Notes under the pieces: model-generated
The model's database searches: none
What the model saw: the letters and a program-made list of their open reading frames with translations, nothing else
What the model was told of the DNA's origin: nothing
Assembly (NCBI GenBank): GCA_036513055.1
Contig: DATBZT010000026.1
Span: 1 to 57,010 of the forward strand
Reading direction: 5' to 3'
Origin: Gemmatimonadaceae bacterium
Lineage (GTDB): Bacteria > Gemmatimonadota > Gemmatimonadetes > Gemmatimonadales > Gemmatimonadaceae
Length of the DNA: 57,010 bases
Part shown: positions 36,405-46,091 of the stretch, one piece after another
Numbering within the stretch: position 1 is the first letter of the stretch
Layout: each line of letters starts with the position of its first letter
Made by a program: the position numbers and the translations under genes

Positions 36405-38456
36405 TTACCAGATCTTCACTCGGTCTGCCGGCGCGACGTACATCTTGTCGCCGGGGTGAACGCCGAACGCCTGGTCGAACGCATCATTGTTGATGAGCGG
36501 TACGTATGCCCGGTACATACCGGGTGAGTGGGGATTTGTCAGCAGCTGCTGGCGCAGCGCTTCATCGCGGAACTTGGTGCGCCAGATCTGCGCGAATCCG
36601 ATGAAGAAGCGCTGGTCTCCTGTGAAGCCGTCAATCACCGGCGCTTCCTTGCCGCCGAGCGAGATGCGATAAGCGCGGTACGCCTGGGCAAGGCCGCTCA
36701 GGTCGCCGATGTTCTCTCCCATCGTCAGGCCGGGATTGATGTGGAGGTCATCGATTGGATTAATCGCCTGGTACTGGGCGCCAAGCTTGGTGGTGCGCGC
36801 CTCGAACGCTGTGGCATCGCTCGCCGTCCACCAGTCGCGGAGATTCCCCGATCCATCCGACTTGCGTCCCTGATCGTCGAAGCCGTGACCGATCTCATGG
36901 CCGATCACCGCGCCGATTGCGCCGTAGTTGACGGCATCGTCGGCCTCGACGTTGAAGAAGGGTGGCTGAAGGATGGCCGCGGGAAAAACGATCTCGTTGT
37001 TGGATGCGTTGTAGTACGCGTTCACGGTCTGCGGCGTCATTCCCCACCGCGTGCGATCCACCGGCTTGCCGAGACGGGTGATGACATCGTTGTGCTGGAA
37101 CTCCTCGGCGCGCATGGCGTTGCCGAACAGATCACCGCGCCTGACCTGGAGCGCTGAAAAATCGCGCGGTTTATCGGGGTAGCCGATCTTTACCGTGAAG
37201 TGGGCCAGTTTATCCTGCGCTTGTGTCTTCGTCTCGGGGCTCATCCATTCGAGACTGTCGATTCCCACGCGGTACGCGGCGAGAATGTTCTTCACCAGAG
37301 CGTCCATCCGCGCCTTTGCCTCGGGCTTGAAGTAGCGCGCGACGTATAGCTTTCCGGCCGGCTCGCCAAGGATTCCCTCGACGCCATCTACACCCCGCTT
37401 CCACCTCACTGCCATTTCCTGCTGGCCAGAGAGCGTGCGGCCGCGGAAATCGAATCGTGCCCGCCCGAATACGGCGGGGAGCGCATCGGCGTAGTTGTCC
37501 AGAAGCTTGAACGTCAGGTACTCTCGCCACGTCGCTACGGGAGTGCGGGAAAGGACAGAATCCATGGCGCGCACGTAATCCGGCTGCCGCACGACGACGT
37601 CGGTGACGTTCGTCAGGCCGGCCGCCTTGAGGTACCCCGGCCAGCTGTACGTCGGAGTCAGCGCCGCCAGCTCCGCCGCCGTCATCTTGTTATAGGTGGC
37701 GTTGCGGTCACGGTTATGTGCGCGGTCCCACTGCGGCGTAGCGATCTGAGTCTCCAGCGCCACGATCCTCGCTGCGGCACCGGCCGGATCGGGCCTCCCG
37801 GCAAGCGTGAACAGCTGCGTGATGTAACTGCTGTACGCCGCTCGCGTCTCTTTCGTCTTCGCGTCCTGCCGCAGGTAGTAGTCGCGGTCCGGCATGCCCA
37901 GTCCTGACTGACCGACCTGGACGATGTTCGCGTCGGAGTGTTTGGGATCCTGCCCGACGCCAACACCGAGTGGTGTCTGCACGCCGATCCGGGCGAAGTG
38001 AGCGAATGTGGCGGGGAGCTGAGCCGTTGTCCGGAGAGCCGCGATCGTCCGCAGCTCGCCGGTGAGCGGCGTTATTCCGATTTTCTCGACGCGCGCGCTA
38101 TCCATGAAGCTGGCGTACAGATCACCGACTTTCCGCTGCTCGGTGCCCGCGGCAGCGTTGGATTTTGCGGCATCTTCCAGAATGCTGTGCAGCGCATCAC
38201 GGCTCCGCTCGCGGAGCTCATTGAATGCGCCCCAGCTCGAAGCGTCGGCCGGTATGTCGGTGCGCTTCAGCCAGGTGCCGTTGACGAAGCGGAAGAAATC
38301 ATCCTGGGGCCGCACCGACCGGTCGAAGTTGGTTGTGTCGAATCCCAGTGCGTGGCCGGCCTGGGCCTGGGCTGACGGGGCGAACAGCGTTGTTGCAATT
38401 GCTAGAAGACCGCCGACCATGACTCGGTCGGTCGCTCTGCGGAAATTCCCAGCCAT
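36405..38456 (-). CDS. M13 (neprilysin/PepO) zinc metallopeptidase, secreted
   Basis: Signal peptide; PQDDF, VNAYY, HEIGH, GENIGD, PHSP. Confidence 0.95.
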   Translation of the reverse strand: MAGNFRRATDRVMVGGLLAIATTLFAPSAQAQAGHALGFDTTNFDRSVRPQDDFFRFVNGTWLKRTDIPADASSWGAFNELRERSRDALHSILEDAAKSNAAAGTEQRKVGDLYASFMDSARVEKIGITPLTGELRTIAALRTTAQLPATFAHFARIGVQTPLGVGVGQDPKHSDANIVQVGQSGLGMPDRDYYLRQDAKTKETRAAYSSYITQLFTLAGRPDPAGAAARIVALETQIATPQWDRAHNRDRNATYNKMTAAELAALTPTYSWPGYLKAAGLTNVTDVVVRQPDYVRAMDSVLSRTPVATWREYLTFKLLDNYADALPAVFGRARFDFRGRTLSGQQEMAVRWKRGVDGVEGILGEPAGKLYVARYFKPEAKARMDALVKNILAAYRVGIDSLEWMSPETKTQAQDKLAHFTVKIGYPDKPRDFSALQVRRGDLFGNAMRAEEFQHNDVITRLGKPVDRTRWGMTPQTVNAYYNASNNEIVFPAAILQPPFFNVEADDAVNYGAIGAVIGHEIGHGFDDQGRKSDGSGNLRDWWTASDATAFEARTTKLGAQYQAINPIDDLHINPGLTMGENIGDLSGLAQAYRAYRISLGGKEAPVIDGFTGDQRFFIGFAQIWRTKFRDEALRQQLLTNPHSPGMYRAYVPLINNDAFDQAFGVHPGDKMYVAPADRVKIW

Positions 38457-38579
38457 GTTGCGCTCCTCGAAGTTTTGGGGTGCAAGGACCTTTCCCCGGC
38501 ACCCGACAAGATTTATCGCGGGATTTGCTTATGTCCAGACTGCGAGGCGCCCAGTAGCAGGAGCGAATGCCAGATCGGC

Positions 38580-39560
38580 CTATCGCCGTTTCTTGCTCTT
38601 CGCTGCCGGATTGTAGTCGGCGAACTTTTTTTCCGCCTCCTCCATCTCCGCTCTCAGCTTCTCGAAGCTCTCGTAGCGTGCGCGGGACACGTCGCCTCGC
38701 TTCACCGCCTCGAGAACAGCGCATCCCGGCTCGACGGAATGGGTACAGTCGTTGAACCGGCAGCTCTCGAGATAGGGCCTTAGCTCGGGAAAGCACCCGT
38801 CGAGATCCTCGGACGGCATGCCCCACATGCCCACCTCCCGCAATCCCGGCGTATCGACCACGTAGCCGGCGTCAGGCAAGGGATGCAGAACAGCTCCAAC
38901 GGTCGTGTGGCGCCCCTTGTTCACCGACTCGCTTATTTCGCCGACGCGGAGATTCAATCCTGGATACATCGAGTTCATCAGCGACGACTTCCCCACGCCG
39001 GAGGGCCCGCTGAGGACGGATGTTCGCGACGCCAACGCGGCGTGCAGCTCATCGAGGCCGATGCGCTGTTTTACACTGGTGTAGTGAACAGGGTAACCCG
39101 CGCGCACATAGTCATGGAAACGCTTCTCGGTCTCTGCCCGGTCTGCCAGCTCGATCTTGTTGATGACAACCCTTGCCTCGAGATCGTTCCCCTCGGCGAT
39201 CACGAGAAACCGGTCGAGCATCCGCACATGAGGCTCGGGGTTTGCCGCCGCAAACACTACCACCACCTGGTCGACATTCGCGGCAACGATGCGCTCACCG
39301 CGGCCGGCTCCCGGCATCCGCCTGGCGAGCTGCGATTTGCGGGGAAGGATTTCCGAGATCGTCCAGCCGTGAGCGCCATCACGCTCGACCACGACTTTAT
39401 CTCCGACCGTCAGCTTCAACATGTCATGGCGCTCTTTCTTCAGGCGCCCTCGAAGAGAGGCGTCGACCGTCTCTCCAGTATCTGTTCGCACGCACCAGGT
39501 GCCCCCGGTGCCATTCAGCACCACTCCGCCGTGGCTCGTCCGGCCGGCAGTCCCGGTCAC
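38580..39560 (-). CDS. rsgA: Ribosome small subunit-dependent GTPase A
   Basis: NKIE, GPSGVGKSS, GRHTT, DTPG, CRFNDCTHxxEPGC; GTGA overlap with the upstream gene. Confidence 0.95.
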   Translation of the reverse strand: MTGTAGRTSHGGVVLNGTGGTWCVRTDTGETVDASLRGRLKKERHDMLKLTVGDKVVVERDGAHGWTISEILPRKSQLARRMPGAGRGERIVAANVDQVVVVFAAANPEPHVRMLDRFLVIAEGNDLEARVVINKIELADRAETEKRFHDYVRAGYPVHYTSVKQRIGLDELHAALASRTSVLSGPSGVGKSSLMNSMYPGLNLRVGEISESVNKGRHTTVGAVLHPLPDAGYVVDTPGLREVGMWGMPSEDLDGCFPELRPYLESCRFNDCTHSVEPGCAVLEAVKRGDVSRARYESFEKLRAEMEEAEKKFADYNPAAKSKKRR

Positions 39561-39943
39561 TCGCCGCCTTCGTCGCGCATCGCTTCCCACCACGGGCGGC
39601 CGGCTGATGCGCGGGCGGCAATGAGATCGTCGAGTGTCTCACGAACGTCACTCAGCTTCATCGCGCCGACCTTTGCAATGGCGTCGGTCTCGGATGCCCC
39701 GTAACCGAGGTATTCCGTTTCAAGATGACCGGACGCCACCGGGTCGCCGGCGCGCCACCGGACAAACAGCAAATACGCGGCGTAAGGCCTTGCGTGCTCG
39801 TTCGTCTCGTCGGCAACGATCTCGACGCTGTACGACGCGCCGTCGTATCCCTCGAAGGCGGCCGGCCGGCTGTGCACGGCCATGTAGCCGCCGATCGTAT
39901 TGGCGTCCCCACGGGAGTGATCGGCGGGAAGGAACTGGCCCAT
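39557..39943 (-). CDS. Hypothetical protein
   Basis: Tightly coupled between proline dehydrogenase and rsgA. Confidence 0.75.
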   Translation of the reverse strand: MGQFLPADHSRGDANTIGGYMAVHSRPAAFEGYDGASYSVEIVADETNEHARPYAAYLLFVRWRAGDPVASGHLETEYLGYGASETDAIAKVGAMKLSDVRETLDDLIAARASAGRPWWEAMRDEGGE

Positions 39944-39944
39944 A

Positions 39945-40880
39945 TCAGTCGCGGCGACCGACCATCTCCTTCAGCACGTTGCCGGTAATGAACGCCACAT
40001 TAGCCGGCCGTTCGGCGAGTCGTCGCATGAGATACGGGTACCACTGTGTTCCAAACGGGACATAGACCCGCAGCCGGTATCCCTCCCGCACCAGCTTGTC
40101 CTGGAGATCCCGCCGCACACCGTACAGCATCTGGAACTCAAACCGGCTGGACTGGATCTGATTGTCCCGCGCGAAGCGCTTCGTTTCATTGATCATCCGC
40201 TCGTCGTGCGTGGCGATGCCGGGGTAATGCCCGTCGAGAAGCAGCGCCCGCATGCAGCGGAGATAAGACTCGTCGACATCCTTCTTGTCCTGATAGGCGA
40301 CGGATGCCGGCTCCCGGTACGCGCCTTTGCAGATCCGCACGCGCGCGCCGGCAGCGTTTGCCTGCTCCGCGTCGGACAACGCGCGATACATGTAGCTCTG
40401 AAGCACAATTCCGACATTGCCTCGATACGAGGGAAAAAGCCGGTTGTAGAAGATGTCCAGCGTTTTCTGAGTGTAGTCACTCCCTTCCATGTCGAGGCGA
40501 ACGAACGTCTCGTGCGCGCGCGCCCGCTCGAGAATGTTCTGCATGTTGGCGACACACAGCTCCTCTCCCAGGTCGAGTCCCATCGCCGTGAGCTTGACCG
40601 ACACGTTGGCATCGAGCCGTTTCTCCCTGATGCGATCGAGTATGTCGATGTACTGGCGGGCGGAATCTCTCGCCTCCTTCTCGTTGCGAACGCTCTCACC
40701 GAGCAGGTCCAGCGATGCGGCGATCCCCTTTCCGTTCAGCTTCTTCACCGCGTCGAGAGCGGCATCGAGTGTCTCGCCGGCGACAAATCGAGAGGCAAAC
40801 CCCTTTGCCATCCGGTTGTGACGGACGAAGCTGAACACTTTGGGCTGGCTCGACAGGTATAACAAGGCGCTTCTAAGCAT
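39945..40880 (-). CDS. Monofunctional proline dehydrogenase
   Basis: RFVAGE, DLLGE, VRLDME, RICKGAY, IATHD, EFQMLYG, YLMRRLAERPAN. Confidence 0.94.
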   Translation of the reverse strand: MLRSALLYLSSQPKVFSFVRHNRMAKGFASRFVAGETLDAALDAVKKLNGKGIAASLDLLGESVRNEKEARDSARQYIDILDRIREKRLDANVSVKLTAMGLDLGEELCVANMQNILERARAHETFVRLDMEGSDYTQKTLDIFYNRLFPSYRGNVGIVLQSYMYRALSDAEQANAAGARVRICKGAYREPASVAYQDKKDVDESYLRCMRALLLDGHYPGIATHDERMINETKRFARDNQIQSSRFEFQMLYGVRRDLQDKLVREGYRLRVYVPFGTQWYPYLMRRLAERPANVAFITGNVLKEMVGRRD

Positions 40881-40893
40881 CAGTCGGTTTATG

Positions 40894-42540
40894 CTAACGT
40901 GAAATCGGCAGTGGCTCGTTCATCACTCGCAGAACGGGATAGGCCGCGCCCGACGTGAGCGCGTTGTCGAAGAAATTCCAGTCTACGAGACCGTCGTCGC
41001 TCTGCGGCTCGAGCAGATATATGGCGAGGATGCCAAGGGGCTGGCTCGTGTGAACAATGTAGGTGCCGGCGCCAAGCTCGCGCGCTTCGCTCATCCACCG
41101 CCCCGCGACTCGCGCCTCGCGATGCCCCTGGAACGGCCGCGTGGAAATAATGGTCGAGTCGACGATGAATCTTTCCGCGCGAGCCGATGCCGCTGCGGAA
41201 AGTGAGTCCACGACGACGCCATGGATCCGCAGAAGGTGGACGGCCTGGGTGTCCGACGCCGGTATCGCGTAGGCCACGGGCGGAGCGGCGAAGAGCGTTG
41301 GGCTGAAGCGGTCGAAGACGGGCATCTTCACCGGATGGAACCGGCCCGTGCGCCGCATTCCTTTCGGTACGCCGGCCTGGGTGCGTGCAGAATCACCAGT
41401 GCGCTCGACATCCTCGGCAATGACAGAGCCCGAGTCCGGCGCGGCGACCATCTGCGAGCGAATTGGAATGGATGCCGGCTCTGCAGCCGGCTCCTGCCAC
41501 ACCAGGGGACTATGACTCGTGGCGTTGGTGAGCGCGTGAATCGTCGCCGACTTCGAGGCCACAAGCCCCAGAATCTCGCTGACAAACCTGTAGGTCGACT
41601 CCACTCGCCGTCGCAGCGGGTCATGAGAGTAGGCCTCGCTCAGGATCGCGATGCGTCCGCGCAATCCGTAGTAGTTCGTGCCGAATCGCGGGCGCGAGTC
41701 GAATGTCACCCAGCCCCTGGACAGAGTGTCGTCCGAGATGAAGTCGCCATAATCGAAAGCGGGGAAGCCGGCATCCGACATTCCTTCGGCAAGTCTGGGA
41801 AGGAGATAATCCCGGGTGAACAGTCCGAGCGGCGCTGCGGGATTGAGCGGCGGCGCATATGTCAGCGCATAACCATGATAGCTGCCGTCCGTCGTGTGGA
41901 GATCCACGAACACGTCCGGATCCCATGCGTTGAACATCGCGAGCGATGCGCGCGTCTCCGGCGCCTCGGCTTTGATGTAATCGCGGTTCAGGTCGAGTCC
42001 CTGACCGTTGGCCCGCTCGCCGACAATCTCCGGTCCGTTCTGCTCGCGCCGATTCACTTCCTGTGACGCGAACTTCTCGTTGCCATCGGCGTTGTAGATC
42101 GGCACGGCGATGAGAACTATCGAGTCAAGGACATTCGGCTGGGGCGAGCTCGTAAGATCACGGAGAAGCGCCAGCAACGATTCCTTTCCCTCTATCTCCC
42201 CGGCATGGATGTTCGCCTGCACATATACAATTGCCCGCCCGAGACGCCGGGCTTCGGCCGGAGTCGCGACGCGTGGCCGCGACGCGACGACGTACGGTAT
42301 CTGGCGCCCCTGACTAGTCGTGCCGATGGACCCGAACGAAAGCTCGGCCCTTCCGTGGAGCGAGTCGAGGAAGGCAATCACGTCCGAGTAGTGCGACGTC
42401 TCCAGGTAATTTGTGCGCTCGGCACGGGTGCGTGGACCAGCGGCGACCTTACCGACCGTCGCCACCCCGCCGGTGGCGCATGCCGTAACGCCCGCCACGA
42501 ACACGGCGACGAGCAATGCATGAACAGCGGTCTGCTTCAC
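40894..42540 (-). CDS. M14 family zinc carboxypeptidase, lipoprotein
   Basis: Lipobox VTAC; HAGE, NADG, DLNRD, DLH motifs. Confidence 0.88.
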   Translation of the reverse strand: MKQTAVHALLVAVFVAGVTACATGGVATVGKVAAGPRTRAERTNYLETSHYSDVIAFLDSLHGRAELSFGSIGTTSQGRQIPYVVASRPRVATPAEARRLGRAIVYVQANIHAGEIEGKESLLALLRDLTSSPQPNVLDSIVLIAVPIYNADGNEKFASQEVNRREQNGPEIVGERANGQGLDLNRDYIKAEAPETRASLAMFNAWDPDVFVDLHTTDGSYHGYALTYAPPLNPAAPLGLFTRDYLLPRLAEGMSDAGFPAFDYGDFISDDTLSRGWVTFDSRPRFGTNYYGLRGRIAILSEAYSHDPLRRRVESTYRFVSEILGLVASKSATIHALTNATSHSPLVWQEPAAEPASIPIRSQMVAAPDSGSVIAEDVERTGDSARTQAGVPKGMRRTGRFHPVKMPVFDRFSPTLFAAPPVAYAIPASDTQAVHLLRIHGVVVDSLSAAASARAERFIVDSTIISTRPFQGHREARVAGRWMSEARELGAGTYIVHTSQPLGILAIYLLEPQSDDGLVDWNFFDNALTSGAAYPVLRVMNEPLPISR

Positions 42541-42568
42541 ACGTTCGCAGCGCGGCGCGGAAACACGA

Positions 42569-44761
42569 TCACGACTGTGGATGGAATCGCTCGTTCCGGC
42601 GAGCCATTGCGACAAGTGATTCGGCCGGTGTGTAGCGGCCGGGGAATCGATCGTTGAGCTCTTCGAGCTGCCGCACCACCTCGGCCGCGCCAAGCGAATC
42701 CATGTAGCGGAACGGACCGCCGCGGAACGGCGGGAAGCCGAAGCCGAACACCGCGCCGATGTCTCCATCGCGGGGTGACCTGATCACGCCTTCCTCGAGA
42801 CACCGCACAGCTTCGTTCAACATCGGGAGGATAGTGCGCTGCTGGATTTCCGCGGCAGCGTAGTTCACGCGGAGCGGCGGCGGCGCCCCGGTCGACGGCG
42901 GAGTCTCCCGCGCGGCCGGCGTCAGCAGTGGATAGATCGACTCGTCCACGTTTCCCTTCTTTCCTTCCTCGTCATAAAGGTAGAAACCTTTCTTCGACTT
43001 TCGCCCGTATCGGCCGGCGGCCACTACCGCCTGAACGGACTGCGCCGGTGAAAAACGGTCGCCGAACGCGTCGTGCATGATCTTGCCGGCCTTCGACGCA
43101 ACATCGAGCCCCACTTCATCCACGAGCGTGATGGGCCCCACCGGGAAACCAAAAGTCACCAGCGCGCGGTCGATCGTGTCGATCGACGCGCCCTGATCGA
43201 GCAGCCGGCCGGCCTCGTTGATGTAGGGCGTGAGAATGCGATTGACGTAAAAGCCGGGGCCGTCGTTCACCACAATCACCGTTTTGCCGAGCTTCTTCCC
43301 GTAGGCAACCGCCGATGCCGTGACGTTTCTGTCGGTCTGCGGGGTGACGATCACTTCCAGCAGCGGCATCTTGTGCACCGGCGAGAAGAAGTGCATGCCG
43401 AGCACTCTTTCCGGCCGCGCCGACGCCGTGGCGATCTCGGCGATCGGAATGGTGCTCGTATTCGACGCGAAAATGGCGTCCCGCGGGAGGACCATTTCCA
43501 CCTCACGCAGGACCTCGTGCTTGACCTCGAGATCCTCGAACACGGCTTCGATTACCAGGTCGACGCTGGCGAAGCCGGAGTAGTCGATCGTTCCGCCGAG
43601 GAGCGACATCATGTCCGCGAGCTCGACGCGGGTGATCTGCCTGCGCGTGAGCCGCTCCTTGAGTATCTCGCGCACCGCGGCAAAACCCTTGGCCACCCGC
43701 CCGTGATCGGCGTCGCGCATCCGCACCAGCGTTCCCTGCTGCACCGCAACCGCCGCAATGCCGGAGCCCATGAAACCCGCTCCGAGAATCCCCAGCTTGG
43801 CCACCGGATGGATTACCGGAGCGGGCTCGCCTGCTGAGACACTGACGCCGGGATCTTTCTTGAGTGCCGTGGTCGCGAAGAAAAGGTAGATGAGCTCCTT
43901 CGACACGTCGCTCATGGCAAGCTCGCCGAAGAGGCGCGACTCCTCGCGATACCCCTTGCTCGAACCGCCGCTGTAGCCGGCTGCGACTGCGTCGATGGCG
44001 GCGAGCGGCGCGGGGAAATGTCCGTGAGTCTTCTTGAGCGTTTCCTCGCGCGCTTTCTTCAACACTATCCGGCGGCCGGCGGGGTTCTCGTCGAGCAGCA
44101 GGCCGGCGACGCCATTCCGGTGGCGACTATGCTTGCGCGTCCCGTCGGCAATGTCGCGCGCCCGCTGGATCGAAATGTCACGCAGAATTGCCGGGTGAAC
44201 GAGCTCGTCAATCAACCCGATCTGAAGCGCCTTTTTCGCGCGGACGTTCTTGCCGGTGAGAATCATGTCCAGCGCCGCGCGCACGCCGATCAGTCGCGGC
44301 AGCCGCTGCGTACCGCCGGCTCCCGGGATCAGGCCGAGCTGAACTTCCGGCAGGGCGAGAATGGTCTTCGGATGATCCGTCGCAATGCGGTACGATGCGG
44401 CAAGGGCCACCTCGAGTGCTCCACCCAGGCACGCGCCGTGGATTGCACAAACCATCGGCGTTCTCATCCGCTCGATCGAGTCGAGCAGCAACTGCCCGTC
44501 GTGGCTCATTCGCTCGGCGTCGGCGGCAGTTTTCAGCGCGAGAAACTCCTCGATATCGGCACCGGCGATCCAGCTGTCCTTCTTGCCGCTCAGCAGTACT
44601 GCGGCGCGGACGTTCAGATCGCGCTCGAGGCGGTCGAACAACGCGATGAATTCATCCTTCACCGCCCGGTTGAACTTGTTCACCGGCTCGTTGGGCAGGT
44701 CGATCGTGATGACGGCTACGCCGTCCTGGATCTCGGTGGCGAGTGCGTAGGGTGAGCTCAT
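42569..44761 (-). CDS. fadJ: Fatty acid oxidation complex alpha subunit
   Basis: Enoyl-CoA hydratase motifs AGADI, GGALE, PEVQLG; HAD motifs GAGFMG, EAVFE, SNTS, GMHFFSP. Confidence 0.93.
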   Translation of the reverse strand: MSSPYALATEIQDGVAVITIDLPNEPVNKFNRAVKDEFIALFDRLERDLNVRAAVLLSGKKDSWIAGADIEEFLALKTAADAERMSHDGQLLLDSIERMRTPMVCAIHGACLGGALEVALAASYRIATDHPKTILALPEVQLGLIPGAGGTQRLPRLIGVRAALDMILTGKNVRAKKALQIGLIDELVHPAILRDISIQRARDIADGTRKHSRHRNGVAGLLLDENPAGRRIVLKKAREETLKKTHGHFPAPLAAIDAVAAGYSGGSSKGYREESRLFGELAMSDVSKELIYLFFATTALKKDPGVSVSAGEPAPVIHPVAKLGILGAGFMGSGIAAVAVQQGTLVRMRDADHGRVAKGFAAVREILKERLTRRQITRVELADMMSLLGGTIDYSGFASVDLVIEAVFEDLEVKHEVLREVEMVLPRDAIFASNTSTIPIAEIATASARPERVLGMHFFSPVHKMPLLEVIVTPQTDRNVTASAVAYGKKLGKTVIVVNDGPGFYVNRILTPYINEAGRLLDQGASIDTIDRALVTFGFPVGPITLVDEVGLDVASKAGKIMHDAFGDRFSPAQSVQAVVAAGRYGRKSKKGFYLYDEEGKKGNVDESIYPLLTPAARETPPSTGAPPPLRVNYAAAEIQQRTILPMLNEAVRCLEEGVIRSPRDGDIGAVFGFGFPPFRGGPFRYMDSLGAAEVVRQLEELNDRFPGRYTPAESLVAMARRNERFHPQS

Positions 44762-46053
44762 TCTCTCTCCACCACCATTGCGAAGCCCATCCCTCCCGCC
44801 GCGCACACAGTCATTAGACCGAACTGACCGCCGCGCCGCGCCAGCTCATTCAGCAGCGTCACGGTAATTCTTGCGCCCGTAGCGCCGAACGGATGCCCGA
44901 TGGCGATCGACCCGCCCATCACGTTGAGGCGCGCCTGGTCCACCGCTCCAACCGGCTCGGAGAATCCGGCGCGCTCGGCCCACATTTTCGACTCGAAGCC
45001 CCGTAGGTTCGACAGCAACTGGGCGGCGAATGCCTCGTGCATCTCCACCAGGTCGATGTCCTTCAACGTGAGCCCGGCCCGATGGAGCGCCACAGGCGCT
45101 GCCAGAACGGGCGCCTGCAGCAGCTGCTCGCCCGGATCGAGTGCAGCGTACGCGTACGAGCGGATGAATCCCAGCGGTGCGTAGCCGAGTGCGGCTGCTT
45201 TCTCCTCGCTCATCAGCAGAACGCATGCGCCACCGTCGGTGAGTGGAGATGCGTTGCCCGCCGTAACGCTGCCGTACCGCCTGTCGAACACCGGCTTGAG
45301 AGCCGCAAGCTGTTCGTAGCTGGTATCGGAGCGAATGCCGTTGTCAGTGGTGACTACGCTGTCGAAACGCGGTGGGACATAAACCGGCATCATCTCCGCC
45401 ACGAGACGACCGTCCGCCGTCCCGGCTGAGGCCAGACGGTGGGAGCGGAGCGCAAATTGATCCTGCTCCTCGCGGGAGATGTGGTTGATCTTCGCCATCT
45501 TCTCCGCCGACTGACCCATTGACTCGCCAGTGGACGGCTCGGCAATCGCGGGAGCGATTGGGACCAGGTCGCGGGGACGGATTGCGCCGAGCGCTCTGAT
45601 TCGGCCGGCAAGAGATTTTGCTTTCGACGCCTTCACGAGGGCGTCGGCAAACCCCTGAGCATGCAGAATGGGAACGTTCGACAGCGATTCGGCTCCGCCG
45701 GCAATCGCCACGCTGGCGTGACCGAGAGCGATCTGGTCTGCAGCGTCGGTAATTGCCTGGTTGGAGGAGGCGCAGGCCCGGCTCACGCTGAATGCCTGGA
45801 CTCCTTTCGGAAGCAGCGGCATGAGTGATACTTCCCGGGCAATGTTCGGAGCCACCACCGATGGGATGACCGTCCCGAAGACGAGCATCTCCACCTCAGA
45901 CCCCGTCAGATTGGTGCGCTGAATGAGCTCGGCAACGCAGAGCTTGCCAAGCTCAATCGCAGACACGGACTTGAACGCCGTGCCCGCCCTCGTGAAAGGT
46001 GTTCGAACTCCGGCCACGATTGCTACCCGCCGTCCATTCCCGAAAGTTGCCAT
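44758..46053 (-). CDS. fadI: Acetyl-CoA C-acyltransferase (thiolase)
   Basis: RTPF, RACASS, HEAFA, GHPFGATG, CAAGG. Confidence 0.93.
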   Translation of the reverse strand: MATFGNGRRVAIVAGVRTPFTRAGTAFKSVSAIELGKLCVAELIQRTNLTGSEVEMLVFGTVIPSVVAPNIAREVSLMPLLPKGVQAFSVSRACASSNQAITDAADQIALGHASVAIAGGAESLSNVPILHAQGFADALVKASKAKSLAGRIRALGAIRPRDLVPIAPAIAEPSTGESMGQSAEKMAKINHISREEQDQFALRSHRLASAGTADGRLVAEMMPVYVPPRFDSVVTTDNGIRSDTSYEQLAALKPVFDRRYGSVTAGNASPLTDGGACVLLMSEEKAAALGYAPLGFIRSYAYAALDPGEQLLQAPVLAAPVALHRAGLTLKDIDLVEMHEAFAAQLLSNLRGFESKMWAERAGFSEPVGAVDQARLNVMGGSIAIGHPFGATGARITVTLLNELARRGGQFGLMTVCAAGGMGFAMVVERE

Positions 46054-46091
46054 TACAGGGAAGTTAGACGGGGCTGGGGTATCTTTCTAGG

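Noticed and set aside
38480-38500. GG-N10-GC upstream of the M13 peptidase as a sigma54 promoter
   Set aside because: The -24 element (GGGGAAAG) is a poor match to TGGCAC
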